A stretch of DNA of 64,000 bases. Source: an uncultured Candidatus Saccharibacteria bacterium (GTDB lineage: Bacteria > Patescibacteriota > Minisyncoccia > Phycocordibacterales > UBA9988). Below, piece by piece: positions 22,925 through 33,914 of the stretch (position 1 is its first letter; every line of letters starts with the position of its first letter). Below the pieces are notes generated by a model, which was given only the letters and a program-made list of their open reading frames with translations, was not told where the DNA came from and ran no database searches. Location of the stretch: the NCBI GenBank assembly GCA_964401135.1, contig CAYNXC010000002.1:16457-80456 (forward strand), written 5' to 3'. The position numbers and the translations under genes are program-made.

Positions 22925-24760
22925 TTATACTTCAATCAGGACCGGTAGGATGATAGGCCGCTTGTGAGTTTCTTGGAAGAGGAGTCTGCCAACACTCTCG
23001 CGTACCTCGTTACGCACATAATCAAAGTTGATTGGATGCTGTCGTTCTGTAGCAGATTCAATAGTCTTTTTTACCAGGAAGCGCACCTTACGCAAGAGGT
23101 CTTGTGACTCTTTGAGGTACACAAAGCCGCGAGAAATAATGTCAGGAGACTTGCGCACTTTACCCGTCTTCAAGTTGATAATGGCGACAATCATAAAGAT
23201 GCCTTCTTCAGAAAGCATCTGCCGGTCGCGGATCACGACATCCTTTACATCTCCGGTGCCGAGGCTGTCTAACATCACAATTCCTGCGGAGGCGTTCTCT
23301 TTGCGTTTGATAATGCGCTTACCCCCATCGGTAATTTCAATCACACTACCGTTGTCTGGCACGATGATGTTTTTATCGGGCATGCCGAGCCTCTCCGCCA
23401 TATCTGCATGCACACGGAGCATGTGGTGATGTCCGTGCACGGGGATAAAGAAGCGCGCCTGTACCATGGAGTGTACCCACTCCAGCTCACCGCCGTAGGA
23501 GTGGCCCGATGAGTGCACATCAGCAATGTTATTGTGAATGATTTTTGCCCCCTGTCGAGCGAGGTTGTCCTTCAACTTCTGTACAGCCTTCTCATTTCCA
23601 GGGATTACCGAGGAGGAAAGAAGGATCACATCACCGCGCTTTAACTTGACCGTCTTGTGCTGACGGTTAGCAATGCGCATGAGCGCCGCATACTCGTCGC
23701 CCTGCGCGCCCGTCGCCAGTACAATAATTTTATTGTCCGGATAGTTCTGCATCTCCTCTGCTGGAATGATGGTGCCGCGCCGGATTGAGAGGAGTCCGAG
23801 CTCTTTTGCAATCTCTACATTTGTTTTCATAGAACGACCTTCCACAACAATCTTCTTTCCCATCTCTTCTGCGTCTTTGATGATGAAGATGATGCGCTCT
23901 AAGAGTGAGGCGAAGGTACCCACAATGAGCCGTCCCGTTGCCTCAGAGAGTATTTTGTGAAGGTTGATGTGCACATCACGCTCGGAATAGGAGAAGCCTG
24001 GCTTCTCAACATTAGTTGAGTCGGCGATGAGGAGAAGATTTTTTTCTTTTCCAATCTTCCCATAAGTCTCTACTTCGTTGGGCTCCGGTGTGCCGTTTTT
24101 GTGATCTATTTTAATGTCACCAGTTATGACGATGTCCCCGTAGGGGGTATGCATAATGACGCCGATAGTGTCGGGGATGGTGTGTGTGGTACCGAAGAAT
24201 GAGAGAGAAAAGCTCTTTCCAATACGCAGTGATTCTCCTGCGGCAACTACCTCTATGGCGAGCTTAGGGAGGTGAGGGAACTCCTCTTGCCGCTTCTTAA
24301 TCATCACTGCGGTGAGGAGTGTGGTATAGATAGGAGGGTTACCAATCTTCCCGATAACAAAAGGGATGCCACCGATGTGATCCAGATGCCCATGGGTGAT
24401 GACAACCCCCTTTACCATAGACTTACGCTCTTCAAGGTAGGAGGTGCCGGGTACAATGTAGTCAACCCCCGGCGTCTGCTCGTCGGGGAATTGCACACCA
24501 ATATCTACCACAATAATCTCATCGCCAAACTCAATGGCGGTCATATTTTTGCCAATCTCTTCTACACCTCCTAATGGAATGATACGGATGTCTCCGTGGG
24601 CAAGCTTAGGTATTGGGGCTTTCTTACGCTCCTTAGGCCCCCTCTCTTCATCATTGTTGACACTGTAATCGGATGGGTTGCTCCCGTGAGCGGCAGTCTT
24701 TCGCATTATATGCGGAGAGGAGCGCCGCATGCGCCGTTCTTTCTGTTGTTCTTTTTCCAT
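22925..24760 (-). CDS. rnj: Ribonuclease J (metallo-beta-lactamase/beta-CASP).
   Basis: HGHLDHIGG motif and beta-CASP region, with a basic N-terminal extension. 611 aa. Confidence 0.9.
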   Translation of the reverse strand: MEKEQQKERRMRRSSPHIMRKTAAHGSNPSDYSVNNDEERGPKERKKAPIPKLAHGDIRIIPLGGVEEIGKNMTAIEFGDEIIVVDIGVQFPDEQTPGVDYIVPGTSYLEERKSMVKGVVITHGHLDHIGGIPFVIGKIGNPPIYTTLLTAVMIKKRQEEFPHLPKLAIEVVAAGESLRIGKSFSLSFFGTTHTIPDTIGVIMHTPYGDIVITGDIKIDHKNGTPEPNEVETYGKIGKEKNLLLIADSTNVEKPGFSYSERDVHINLHKILSEATGRLIVGTFASLLERIIFIIKDAEEMGKKIVVEGRSMKTNVEIAKELGLLSIRRGTIIPAEEMQNYPDNKIIVLATGAQGDEYAALMRIANRQHKTVKLKRGDVILLSSSVIPGNEKAVQKLKDNLARQGAKIIHNNIADVHSSGHSYGGELEWVHSMVQARFFIPVHGHHHMLRVHADMAERLGMPDKNIIVPDNGSVIEITDGGKRIIKRKENASAGIVMLDSLGTGDVKDVVIRDRQMLSEEGIFMIVAIINLKTGKVRKSPDIISRGFVYLKESQDLLRKVRFLVKKTIESATERQHPINFDYVRNEVRESVGRLLFQETHKRPIILPVLIEV

Positions 24761-24766
24761 ATCTAC

Positions 24767-26464
24767 TTAATTGTAATAGTTTGCAAATATCTTCCAGACG
24801 CGATCGCTTGCGTAGTGCCACTCACTGACGCGAGAGAAGCGATCTGAAGGTGTGGTGATGGGCGGCAGGGCGACTCCTTTGAGAGAGTCAGGTATGATAT
24901 AAATAAATTGTGGAGCGTAGAGGAAGATAGCTGGTGTCTCTTCGCGAATGATTGCCTGAAACTCCTCTATTTTTTTGCTCCGCTCGATATTATCAGAGAT
25001 GCCGCGAGCTTTTTCTAATAATGTATCAGTGGAGGCGTTCGTGTAGAGGGCGATATTTAACCCTGGATCTAGGCGCTGAGATGAATGCCAGAAAGAGAAT
25101 GGGTCTGGATTTCTCCCCACGACCTCACCAAAAAGGAGCGCATCGTACTTGCGTGGGCGGATGACGAGATTTTTCAGATCACTCTCCTCATAGTATTGCG
25201 TACGCACTGAGACGCCGATACTTTCCCACGCCTCTTTCAAAAGCTCCGCACTTGCTTTGAGTTCAGGTATGTTTGAAGTGTCTAAAGTAAACTCTAATGT
25301 CTCTGTCCCACTCTTGCTTGTCTTTGCGCGGACGCCGTTTGCGTTAAGGACCCATCCATTTTTTTCTAGGAGCTCCTCCGCTTCTCTTACTTGCACAGAA
25401 TCCACAGTACTTGAGCTTGTATATCCGAGCGACCCTGGTGGGATAGGTCCATCAATCTCCACTCCATAGCCGTAGAGTACCTCGTTCACGATGCGTGTGC
25501 GTGGTGCTACGAGGGAGAGCGCTTCGCGGACTTCTGTATGGGTAAAGATTGGTGCCTCGCTCTGATTAACAAAGACGCCAAAAATACGAGGGAGCGGTGC
25601 CGTGCGCACTGAGATACCACGCTTCGCAATCGCTCGTGCTATGTCAGGGGAGACTGCCCCCATACTCTCAATATCTCCTTTCTCGTAGGCGGCGATTATG
25701 TCCTCACTCTTCCCATAAAAGCGGATCGTGATAGCAATCTTCGCATCGTCATGCACAGTCCGCTGTGCAGGTACAAGCTCGTAACTGGTAGGGATACCAT
25801 TATTATCTCTGGTGACAGAGGCTACTTTGTATGGCCCAGAACCTATAGGGACGACATTGTGCTCACTGAATTGGAATTGTTCCGCATCTACTCCTGCCCA
25901 CTTATGTTTTGGGAGTATGCCCATCGTCGTATTTTCTAAAAAGCTGGCGTACGGTTGGCGTAAGGTGAACTCAACCGTGTGAACATCTATCTTAGCAACG
26001 GTCACTCCTTCCCAACTTGCGCGCTTGGGGCTCTTAATACTTGAATCTAATGCTTTTTGTACTGTAAATACAACATCGTCGGCAGTAACTGGCTCGCCAT
26101 CATGCCACTTCTCGCCTTTTTTTAAGGTGAAGATGTAACTGGTGCCGTTGGGGCCTATTGTCACCTTTTCTGCGAGATCGGGTTCTAGGCTCCCGTCCTC
26201 GCGTACACGCATCAGTCCTGAGTATACAAGAGCGGTAAGATCACGGTCTGCATCAGATGCGGCAAGCACGGGGTTGATAAAGTGTGGGATGCCGATGACT
26301 CCCTCAATGAGGACCCCGTCTGTGATTGGTACTTCAATAAGTGCGTATTGATTCAGCTTCCACAAGAATCCGAGCAAGCTTACGACCGCGAGTGTTGCGA
26401 GTGAGAAAAGGCCAACCCGACCGTAAAGGCCGAATGATTGATTAACTGTGTGTATCTCAGCCAT
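24767..26464 (-). CDS. ABC transporter substrate-binding protein, family 5 (peptide/nickel type).
   Basis: Signal anchor then an SBP_bac_5-like fold. Start set at MAEIH (26464), which removes the overlap with secG. The track ORF extends to 26590. Confidence 0.75.
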   Translation of the reverse strand: MAEIHTVNQSFGLYGRVGLFSLATLAVVSLLGFLWKLNQYALIEVPITDGVLIEGVIGIPHFINPVLAASDADRDLTALVYSGLMRVREDGSLEPDLAEKVTIGPNGTSYIFTLKKGEKWHDGEPVTADDVVFTVQKALDSSIKSPKRASWEGVTVAKIDVHTVEFTLRQPYASFLENTTMGILPKHKWAGVDAEQFQFSEHNVVPIGSGPYKVASVTRDNNGIPTSYELVPAQRTVHDDAKIAITIRFYGKSEDIIAAYEKGDIESMGAVSPDIARAIAKRGISVRTAPLPRIFGVFVNQSEAPIFTHTEVREALSLVAPRTRIVNEVLYGYGVEIDGPIPPGSLGYTSSSTVDSVQVREAEELLEKNGWVLNANGVRAKTSKSGTETLEFTLDTSNIPELKASAELLKEAWESIGVSVRTQYYEESDLKNLVIRPRKYDALLFGEVVGRNPDPFSFWHSSQRLDPGLNIALYTNASTDTLLEKARGISDNIERSKKIEEFQAIIREETPAIFLYAPQFIYIIPDSLKGVALPPITTPSDRFSRVSEWHYASDRVWKIFANYYN

Positions 26465-26528
26465 CGTCGGCAGTAGACGCCGAGGGGCTTCTTTCTCTAT
26501 AGTGTTCACAAGTAGAAAAACGGTGCGT

Positions 26529-26774
26529 CTAGCGAGCCAGATAGTTGATGAGCTCCGGCGCGAGCGCAGAGAGGGCAAACAAAACTGCAATTACTATTGT
26601 AGCAATAAACATAACTTTCTCAATACCGCGTTTGCGAAAGTTGGGACCGCTTGAATCTCCACCGCCAAATGCCGATCCAAGCCCCGCCTCGTTTTGCTGA
26701 AGCAGAATAGCTCCGATCATTAAAACCGAGAGTGCAACCTGAATCCACGGGAGTAGCGGGATGAGACTAGACAT
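26529..26774 (-). CDS. secG: Preprotein translocase subunit SecG.
   Basis: 81 aa, two TM helices with a Gly-rich loop (LLQQNEAGLGSAFGGGDSSG). Confidence 0.7.
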   Translation of the reverse strand: MSSLIPLLPWIQVALSVLMIGAILLQQNEAGLGSAFGGGDSSGPNFRKRGIEKVMFIATIVIAVLFALSALAPELINYLAR

Positions 26775-26872
26775 GTTGGGTGTACATTAGCAGAGAGAAA
26801 GTTGACAGTCAACCATTGCTCATTATAATACGAGTGCTTACGAGGTAATTACTAGTATAATATAAGCACACT

Positions 26873-27187
26873 ATGGCACAAAAAATACATATCAAACCAC
26901 TCGGAGACCGCGTTCTTGTTGAGCCGCTTAAGGAGGACGATAAGGGAGGTAAGACCAAGGGGGGGATCATTATCCCAGAGACTGTGAGTAAGGAGCGTCC
27001 AGAAGAAGGGCGCATCGTTGCGTGCGGTGAAGGGAAGCGCGGAGATGACGGAGTATTGGTCCCGCTTTCCGTACGGAATGGGGATAGAATTATTTTTTCA
27101 AAGTATGGACCGGATGAAATAAAGGTTGACGGGAAGGAATACTTGATCGTGAGCGAGTCGAATATTTTAGCAATCATTGGAGAGTAA
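26873..27187 (+). CDS. groES: Co-chaperonin GroES.
   Basis: IKPLGDRVLV...GGIIIP mobile-loop signature. 104 aa. Confidence 0.95.
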   Translation: MAQKIHIKPLGDRVLVEPLKEDDKGGKTKGGIIIPETVSKERPEEGRIVACGEGKRGDDGVLVPLSVRNGDRIIFSKYGPDEIKVDGKEYLIVSESNILAIIGE

Positions 27188-27209
27188 GATAGACGCAGAT
27201 CAAAAATTT

Positions 27210-28871
27210 ATGGCGAAACAAATACTATTCAATAATAATGCTCGCAAATCCCTTAAGAAGGGGATAGATACACTTGCTGAGGCAGTCAAGATGACCCTCG
27301 GCCCCCGTGGTCGTGCGGTGGTCATTGATAAGGGTTACGGTGCACCACAGGTCACCTTGGATGGAGTAACGGTTGCAAAGGCGATAGAACTTGAAGATAA
27401 GTTTGAGAATGTAGGCGCCGATCTCATCAAGCAAGCGGCAGACAAGACAAACGATAAAGTTGGTGACGGGACGACCACCTCGGTGGTACTTGCTCAGGCC
27501 ATTATTGAGGGTGGAGAGAAGGCGGTTGCCGAGAAAGGATTTAATGTGATCCACCTCGCTGACGAACTGATGCGAGAGAGTGAGTCAGTGATTGCCGCAC
27601 TAGAGGATCAGAGCGAGTCAATTGATGACACGAAGAAAATTGAGGAAGTAGCCACACTCTCGTCAAAAGATTCTGACATCGGCAAGCTTATTGCTGATGT
27701 GATCAAGAAGGTTGGTAAGGACGGCGTGGTGACAATTGAGGACTCTAACACGGGGCTCAACTCATCTGAGCTGGTGGAGGGTATGCAGTTTGATAAGGGT
27801 TATGCCTCTCCATATATGATTACTAATCCTGACCGAATGGATGCGGAGTACGAGGATCCATATATTCTTATCACAGATAAAAAGATCTCTGCTATTAAAG
27901 AGATACTTCCACTCCTTGAGTCGCTCGCTCAGAAGGGGAAAAAGGATTTGGTGATTATTGCTGATGATGTGGATGGCGAAGCTTTGACCACACTCATTGT
28001 GAACAAACTTCGTGGCACCTTTAACGCACTTGCGGTGAAGGCGCCTGCCTTTGGTGATCGCAAAAAGGAGATGCTAGCAGACATCGCAGTACTCACGGGT
28101 GGGAAGGTTGTCTCTGAGGACATAGGTTTGAAATTGGAGAACATTGATATGTCGGTACTCGGTCGCGCACACCGGGTAATCTCTACCAAGGACTCCACAA
28201 CCATCGTGGGCGGTAAGGGGAAGAAGAGTGATGTTGAGGAGCGTTCTCTTGCCATCAAAAAGCAGATAGAGAATACAGAGTCAACCTACGACAAGGAGAA
28301 GTTGCAAGAGCGCCTCGGCAAACTCTCGGGTGGTGTTGCGGTGATTAAAGTGGGTGCGCCAACAGAGTCGGCACAAAAGGAGCTCAAACAGCGCGTGGAG
28401 GATGCCGTTGCGGCAACTAAGGCGGCTATGGAGGAGGGAATTATCCCCGGAGGTGGTATTGCACTCTTTAATGTGGTACTCGGCCTCACAGAAGAAAAGA
28501 CTCCAGACACGATTAACGCCTATGCGCGGATGATACTACGCCGAGCGGCCGAGTCACCTATCATCGCTATTTTTGAAAATAGTGGTGAGGATCCAAAGAA
28601 GTGGATGAAGGAGCTCGCAGAGCGGAAGTCTACGATGAAGGGGAAGGCGGAGCGCTCATGGATCGGATTTAACGCCAAGAGTAACACGGTAGAAGATCTG
28701 AAAAAGGCGGGAATCATTGACCCTCTTAAGGTCACGAAGACTGCCTTTAGAAATGCGGTCTCGGTGGCATCTAACTATCTCACCATCGGCGCGGCCGTTA
28801 CCGACATCCCTAAAAAAGAAGAGCCATCGCACGGCCATGGCGGTGGTATGGGTGGCGGGATGGATTACTAG
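27210..28871 (+). CDS. groEL: Chaperonin GroEL.
   Basis: [13 protein letters not shown] start, the GDGTTT ATP-binding motif and a C-terminal [10 protein letters not shown] tail. Confidence 0.95.
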   Translation: MAKQILFNNNARKSLKKGIDTLAEAVKMTLGPRGRAVVIDKGYGAPQVTLDGVTVAKAIELEDKFENVGADLIKQAADKTNDKVGDGTTTSVVLAQAIIEGGEKAVAEKGFNVIHLADELMRESESVIAALEDQSESIDDTKKIEEVATLSSKDSDIGKLIADVIKKVGKDGVVTIEDSNTGLNSSELVEGMQFDKGYASPYMITNPDRMDAEYEDPYILITDKKISAIKEILPLLESLAQKGKKDLVIIADDVDGEALTTLIVNKLRGTFNALAVKAPAFGDRKKEMLADIAVLTGGKVVSEDIGLKLENIDMSVLGRAHRVISTKDSTTIVGGKGKKSDVEERSLAIKKQIENTESTYDKEKLQERLGKLSGGVAVIKVGAPTESAQKELKQRVEDAVAATKAAMEEGIIPGGGIALFNVVLGLTEEKTPDTINAYARMILRRAAESPIIAIFENSGEDPKKWMKELAERKSTMKGKAERSWIGFNAKSNTVEDLKKAGIIDPLKVTKTAFRNAVSVASNYLTIGAAVTDIPKKEEPSHGHGGGMGGGMDY

Positions 28872-28902
28872 CCCGAATATCAAACACTCGGTGTTTGATA
28901 GA

Positions 28903-28935
28903 AAAAGCTCCTGTTGAACAGGAGCTTTTTTGGTA
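28903..28935 (+). terminator. Rho-independent terminator after groEL.
   Basis: Perfect hairpin AAAAGCTCCTGTTGAACAGGAGCTTTTTT, preceded by a second hairpin CAAACACTCGGTGTTTG. Confidence 0.8.
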
Positions 28936-29071
28936 TGATATGGTATAATACAGGCATTAGTAGCAGAGTGGCTCTTGTGACTGTCTCTGATTTTGCGTCT
29001 CCCAATCAACAGCGGACGCTTGTCGGATCAGACCTTGGTACAGTCCGATTTATTAAATAATTAGCATAGTC

Positions 29072-29629
29072 ATGTCACCCACATATATCATTCTCGGGCT
29101 ACTTGCGGTCATTATCATCGCGATCGCTATTGTATACAACAGCCTAGTGCGGCTCGCAACGCGCACCAAGGAGGCCTGGGCCGACATTGAGGTCCAACTA
29201 AAACGACGCTACGACCTCATCCCTAATCTTGTCAGCACCGTGAAGGGCTACGCCTCACACGAGTCAGCCACTTTTGAGAAGGTGACGGAAGCGCGCACCA
29301 AGGCCATGAGCGCGCAGACGCCGGCCGAGCACGGCGCAGCAGAGAATATGCTCTCTGGCGCCCTTAAGAGCATATTTGCTCTCTCGGAGGCCTACCCCGA
29401 CTTGAAGGCGAACCAGAACTTCCTAGAGCTCCAACGCGAGCTTGCCGACACGGAGAACAAGGTCCAGGCGGCGCGCCGCTTCTATAATGGCAATGTGCGT
29501 GACCTCAACATCAAGATCGATTCTTTCCCTAGTAATCTGATTGCGGGGAGCTTTGGTTTTACCAAGCAGGAATTCTTTGATATTCCCGACAACGACGCGG
29601 CTCAACAGCCGGTGGAGGTAAAATTTTAA
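29072..29629 (+). CDS. lemA: LemA family protein.
   Basis: N-terminal TM plus the LemA signature NSLVRL...AWADIEVQLKRRYDLIPNLV. Confidence 0.85.
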   Translation: MSPTYIILGLLAVIIIAIAIVYNSLVRLATRTKEAWADIEVQLKRRYDLIPNLVSTVKGYASHESATFEKVTEARTKAMSAQTPAEHGAAENMLSGALKSIFALSEAYPDLKANQNFLELQRELADTENKVQAARRFYNGNVRDLNIKIDSFPSNLIAGSFGFTKQEFFDIPDNDAAQQPVEVKF

Positions 29630-29631
29630 GT

Positions 29632-31539
29632 ATGGATGCGCGTAACACTCTTGTTACGCTTGCCGTCTCGGCTCTATCTCTGTGCGCATTTACTGTTTCT
29701 GCACAGGAGAACCGGCAGTACTGGTATAACGCAATAGATACGCGTATTGAAGTGAATGCCGACTCTACACTCTCGGTTGAAGAGCGGCAGAACTATCGCT
29801 ACGAAGGTGAGTACCATAAGGGCTGGCGCTCCATTGCTCTCAAAGACATTAGTTATATCTCTGAAGTTGAAGTCTATGACGGAGCGACAGGAAAAAAATT
29901 ACAATGGAGCTCATCAAGACTTGATAAGACGAATCCAAACAGCTGGGGGCATTACACCACATACAAAGGGAATGGCGCACAGGTAATTGAGTGGTACTAC
30001 AATCTACGCGACACTTCTCACATCTGGGTACTGCGCTACACTGTGCATGGAGCAATCACATTTGGAACGCAGTTTGACCGCCTCTACTACAACCTTTTTA
30101 CCGACTACGATGTGCCAGTACACACTGCGTCGGCAAGCATCATACTTCCGCAAGGACTCTCAAGCAGAGATGCACTCTACGCATACCGTGATGGAGTAAA
30201 TAAGTCTCTGATAAACAAATCTGTAGAGCAGACGGGCGCTTCCGATGTGTATGTCGTCAATGGAGCACTCTTTGATCCAGGAGCAGACTTTACCATTGAT
30301 CTCTCGTGGCAGAAGGGTTATGTGCTGCGGTCAGCGTTTTGGAAGGATTGGTTTGCCCACAATTATGGGTATGTACTCGGGAGTCTTATTGTGCTTTTCT
30401 CTATTCTCTACTGGATTGTCTACTTTGTGCGTAAGGAAGTGTTACCAAAGGGCCGCGGTACCATCATCCCACAGTATGAGCCACCGCGTGGCTTGCGTCC
30501 TGCGCTTGCCGAGCTTTTGATAAAAGAGGGGGTATCACGGCGAACTTGGCCAGCGACCATCGTTGATCTTGCTGTGCGGGGTTATGTGGAAATCAAAGAG
30601 GAAAAGGGGCGGACAATAGTAAAAAATATTTCTTTACTCATTATAGTGATAGCTCTAGCGGTGCTTGCTATCGCTAGTTTTAATCCCTTTTACTTTGTGA
30701 TGTTTGTAGTTGTTGCAATCTATTTTTTCAAAACAGGACTTAAATATAGCTCGCAGTACGAAGTTAAAGGCATAAAACCATATGAGACCGATATGCAATT
30801 AGAGTCGTATGAGCAATCATTTCTTAAAACACTTTTTTCTTTGAATGACGAAAATGTTTTTCGCACCAAAGATCTCACGAGTATGCACTTCAACACGGCT
30901 AAGTATGTGCAGTTTGGAGAAGATATGCAGAAACTCCCCCAAGTATTGAAAGACAGAGCAGGCCAAGAAGCATGGTTTGCCGTGGACTTTAAAAAAGAAG
31001 GGAAGGGTCAGGGGATTGGCTGGTTTCTTGTTTCTGCCGCCATTGTACTCACTATCTATTTTTGGAATTCCGATTTTGTGCAGATAGCGGAAATTGTCTC
31101 ATCCGTATTAATTCTTTGTGCGGCAATATTTTTCCTCGCCCCCTCCGAGGCACGGCTCTCGCAGGAGGGGAGGGAACTGCGTGAGGAGTGGCTTGGCTTT
31201 AAACTCTACTTGGAGACTGCCGAGCGCTATCGTCTGCAAAATCTTACTCCCGACTTGTTTGAAAAATTCTTGCCCTACGCTATTGTTTTTGGAATTGAGA
31301 AGAAGTGGGCCAAGGCCTTTGAGGGGATGCAGGTCCCACCACCCTCGTGGTACCATGGAGCCCTGGTTGCGGGGAGTATGGGGGATGGCGTATCTGGTGC
31401 GGGCTTCTCGGCAAGCGCGTTTAGCTCCAGCTTCTCGTCATCATTTGCAAGCGCCTTCTCATCCTCCGCGGGGAGTGGCGCCTCGGGAGGGGGCGGAGCT
31501 GGTGGTGGTGGGGGAGGTGGGGGTGGCGGCGCAAGTTAA
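29632..31539 (+). CDS. DUF2207 family membrane protein (LemA partner) with a Gly-rich C-terminus.
   Basis: Signal peptide, a large extracytoplasmic domain, several TM segments and a C-terminal GGGGAGGGGGGGGGGAS tail. The adjacency to lemA is the usual arrangement. Confidence 0.75.
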   Translation: MDARNTLVTLAVSALSLCAFTVSAQENRQYWYNAIDTRIEVNADSTLSVEERQNYRYEGEYHKGWRSIALKDISYISEVEVYDGATGKKLQWSSSRLDKTNPNSWGHYTTYKGNGAQVIEWYYNLRDTSHIWVLRYTVHGAITFGTQFDRLYYNLFTDYDVPVHTASASIILPQGLSSRDALYAYRDGVNKSLINKSVEQTGASDVYVVNGALFDPGADFTIDLSWQKGYVLRSAFWKDWFAHNYGYVLGSLIVLFSILYWIVYFVRKEVLPKGRGTIIPQYEPPRGLRPALAELLIKEGVSRRTWPATIVDLAVRGYVEIKEEKGRTIVKNISLLIIVIALAVLAIASFNPFYFVMFVVVAIYFFKTGLKYSSQYEVKGIKPYETDMQLESYEQSFLKTLFSLNDENVFRTKDLTSMHFNTAKYVQFGEDMQKLPQVLKDRAGQEAWFAVDFKKEGKGQGIGWFLVSAAIVLTIYFWNSDFVQIAEIVSSVLILCAAIFFLAPSEARLSQEGRELREEWLGFKLYLETAERYRLQNLTPDLFEKFLPYAIVFGIEKKWAKAFEGMQVPPPSWYHGALVAGSMGDGVSGAGFSASAFSSSFSSSFASAFSSSAGSGASGGGGAGGGGGGGGGGAS

Positions 31540-31544
31540 AACAT

Positions 31545-32429
31545 ATGTACAAATCATACGATAGCAATGTGCGGATGACCTGGCTCTTAATGACAGTATT
31601 CTTGCTCGTGGTGATAGGGATTGGCTTCTCTTTTGCACAAGTCTACGGTGATCCGGCAATCCTCTACGGCGCAGTACTCTTTGCGCTCATAATGAACTTT
31701 TTCTCATACTGGTACTCGGACAAAATTGTGCTCTCTATCTCTGGTGCGCGCCCCGCAGATAAAGAGACCTACTGGGATCTCTACACGGTGACAGAGAATC
31801 TTGCCATCACTGCCGGCATCCCAATGCCAAAGCTCTATGTGATCCCCGATGCGGCACCGAATGCCTTTGCAACAGGGCGTAATAAGGAGCACGCGGCGGT
31901 TGCGGTGACGGAGGGGCTCCTGGGGATACTCAATCGGAGCGAGTTGGAAGGTGTGATTGCCCACGAGCTCTCGCATATAAAAAATCGCGACATTCTCCTC
32001 TCCACGATTGTAGTGGTGCTTGTTGGCTTTGTCTCCATTCTCTCCGATATGTTTTTGCGTGGTGCGGTCTGGGGTGGGGGAGATAGAGAGAATCGCGCTG
32101 GTGGCATCTTGGTACTTGCTGGCTTGATACTTGCAATACTTTCTCCCATTGCAGTGACACTCATCCAACTTGCTGTCTCGCGTAAACGAGAGTTCCTCGC
32201 CGATGCCTCTGGTGCGCTCCTCACGCGCTACCCTGAAGGGCTCGCGAGTGCGCTTAAAAAAATATCCAGTTACCCTGGCGAGCTCAAGAGTGCGCGGCAG
32301 GCAACAGCACACCTCTACATCAGCAATCCTTTTAGGGGAAAGCATGTCGCAAAACTTTTTATGACCCATCCGCCGGTAGAAGAGCGTATCCGTGCACTCA
32401 TGGGACTTAAAACCGAGGCCGAAGTTTAG
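31545..32429 (+). CDS. htpX: M48 zinc metalloprotease HtpX.
   Basis: HELSHIKNRD HExxH motif and a 4-TM topology. Confidence 0.85.
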   Translation: MYKSYDSNVRMTWLLMTVFLLVVIGIGFSFAQVYGDPAILYGAVLFALIMNFFSYWYSDKIVLSISGARPADKETYWDLYTVTENLAITAGIPMPKLYVIPDAAPNAFATGRNKEHAAVAVTEGLLGILNRSELEGVIAHELSHIKNRDILLSTIVVVLVGFVSILSDMFLRGAVWGGGDRENRAGGILVLAGLILAILSPIAVTLIQLAVSRKREFLADASGALLTRYPEGLASALKKISSYPGELKSARQATAHLYISNPFRGKHVAKLFMTHPPVEERIRALMGLKTEAEV

Positions 32430-32503
32430 CTTTGGGATGGTTGCGAGAGCATCAGATAAAAAGGTATAAAGGGGGAGAGGCGTTCAAACGCTTAATAAGC
32501 AAT

Positions 32504-32588
32504 GGAGGGGTCGCATAGAGGCCTAGTGCGCGCGCTTGGAAAGCGCGTAAGGGTTACACCTTCGAGGGTTCGAATCCCTCCCTCTCCG
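32504..32588 (+). tRNA. tRNA-Ser (GGA), class II with a long variable arm.
   Basis: Acceptor GGAGGGG/CCTCTCC, anticodon stem CGCGC/GCGCG, loop TTGGAAA, variable hairpin AAGG-GTTACA-CCTT and T-arm GAGGG/CCCTC. Confidence 0.8.
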
Positions 32589-32666
32589 CACTAAGAACCT
32601 GGTAGTTTTGTGACCCAAGTACCTAAGGTTGTAGGGCGACCCAGGTACCTAGTAATTACCTGGAAA

Positions 32667-33911
32667 ATGCCCGACGAATATCGCAATCATCATTACGTAC
32701 CACAGTGGTACCAAAAGAAGTTCATGCTACCGAACGAGCATGAGTTATTTCACTTGGATTTAAAACCCGAGACGTTCACCGATCCTCGCGGCGTGGTTCA
32801 TACCAAGAAGCCATTACGGCGACAAGGTAGTAAAAAGTGTTTCGTCCAAGAGGATCTTTATACGACGAAGATTCAAGGTATCGAAACAAAGGATATAGAG
32901 AAATATTTCTTCGGCGATATTGATACCAAAGGTCGTCCTGCTGTCGAATATTTCGAGGGGTTTGATTATCCCCTTAAACCCTGGGGTGAATCACTTCAGG
33001 ACATCATGCGTTACATGAGTACACAGAAGCTCAGGACTCCGAAAGGTCTATCATTTCTTAGCGAGAAAATTGGAAGTAAGGATAAGGACGCGATTCTACG
33101 CAATATGATCCGAGTGCGTAATGTTCATGCCGCTATTTGGATGGAATGCGTCTGGCTTATTGCAGACGCTTCACAGTCGGAGACTAAATTCATCATCTCA
33201 GACCATCCCGTTACTGTTTATAATCGTGAATGCGGTCCTCGATCCAGTTACTGTCGAGACTCAAATGACCCCGAGATATGGCTTCAAGGTACGCATACAA
33301 TTTTTCCACTTTCCATAGATAAGGTTCTCATTCTCACAAATTTATCCTGGGTGCGGAATCCATATCAATCCGCAACCAATCTACGACCGAATCCAAATCC
33401 ATACCGCAATGCGATATTCAAATTTACTGACGTTCAGGTTCGACGACAATTAAGTGAACAAGAGGTACGAGAAATCAATTTCATCATAAAAAGCCGAGCT
33501 TCCCGATATGTAGCCGCAGCCAAAGAAGAATGGCTTTACCCAGAAAGACATGTATCCAAATCAGATTGGAACAAATACGGTCATGGATATCTTTTGATGC
33601 CCGATCCTCGCGCTATTCATTGGGGAGGAACCATAATGTGGGGCGGTGGCCCAGGCGGTCCAGGTGCAATGGATGAATATGGAAGACTGCCCGGAGATCC
33701 TGATTTTGAAGCAGAGACAACCAAAGGTAAGGAGTACCAAACGCTCCCTTGGTTTCAGGGAGAATTTGCAAAGCTGTTCGGTCCTTATCGCCGAGGCCGT
33801 TGTATGCAACATATTGAAATTGAAAAGGAACGGGACGATGATGAATTTCACCAGTACCATCTCGGTCTTCAGAAAAAGAGCTATAAGGAACGACACGGCA
33901 AGAAGAAATAG
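32667..33911 (+). CDS. DUF4238 family protein (HHYVPQ and SDHPV motifs). Cargo of the tRNA-Ser-adjacent island.
   Basis: The N-terminal RNHHYVPQWYQKKF and the central KFIISDHPVTV match the two hallmark motifs of DUF4238. The track ORF starts at 32610, but 32667 (MPDEY) is more plausible. Confidence 0.55.
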   Translation: MPDEYRNHHYVPQWYQKKFMLPNEHELFHLDLKPETFTDPRGVVHTKKPLRRQGSKKCFVQEDLYTTKIQGIETKDIEKYFFGDIDTKGRPAVEYFEGFDYPLKPWGESLQDIMRYMSTQKLRTPKGLSFLSEKIGSKDKDAILRNMIRVRNVHAAIWMECVWLIADASQSETKFIISDHPVTVYNRECGPRSSYCRDSNDPEIWLQGTHTIFPLSIDKVLILTNLSWVRNPYQSATNLRPNPNPYRNAIFKFTDVQVRRQLSEQEVREINFIIKSRASRYVAAAKEEWLYPERHVSKSDWNKYGHGYLLMPDPRAIHWGGTIMWGGGPGGPGAMDEYGRLPGDPDFEAETTKGKEYQTLPWFQGEFAKLFGPYRRGRCMQHIEIEKERDDDEFHQYHLGLQKKSYKERHGKKK

Positions 33912-33914
33912 TTT

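Noticed and set aside
26787-26840. A canonical CIRCE heat-shock operator upstream of groES.
   Set aside because: The half-site-like sequences are 36 nt apart, not 9, so it is not a canonical CIRCE. It is kept only as a low-interest note.
31118-31564. A 148-aa plus-strand ORF overlapping the end of the DUF2207 gene.
   Set aside because: Out-of-frame reading of the Gly-rich GC-rich 3' region of the DUF2207 gene.
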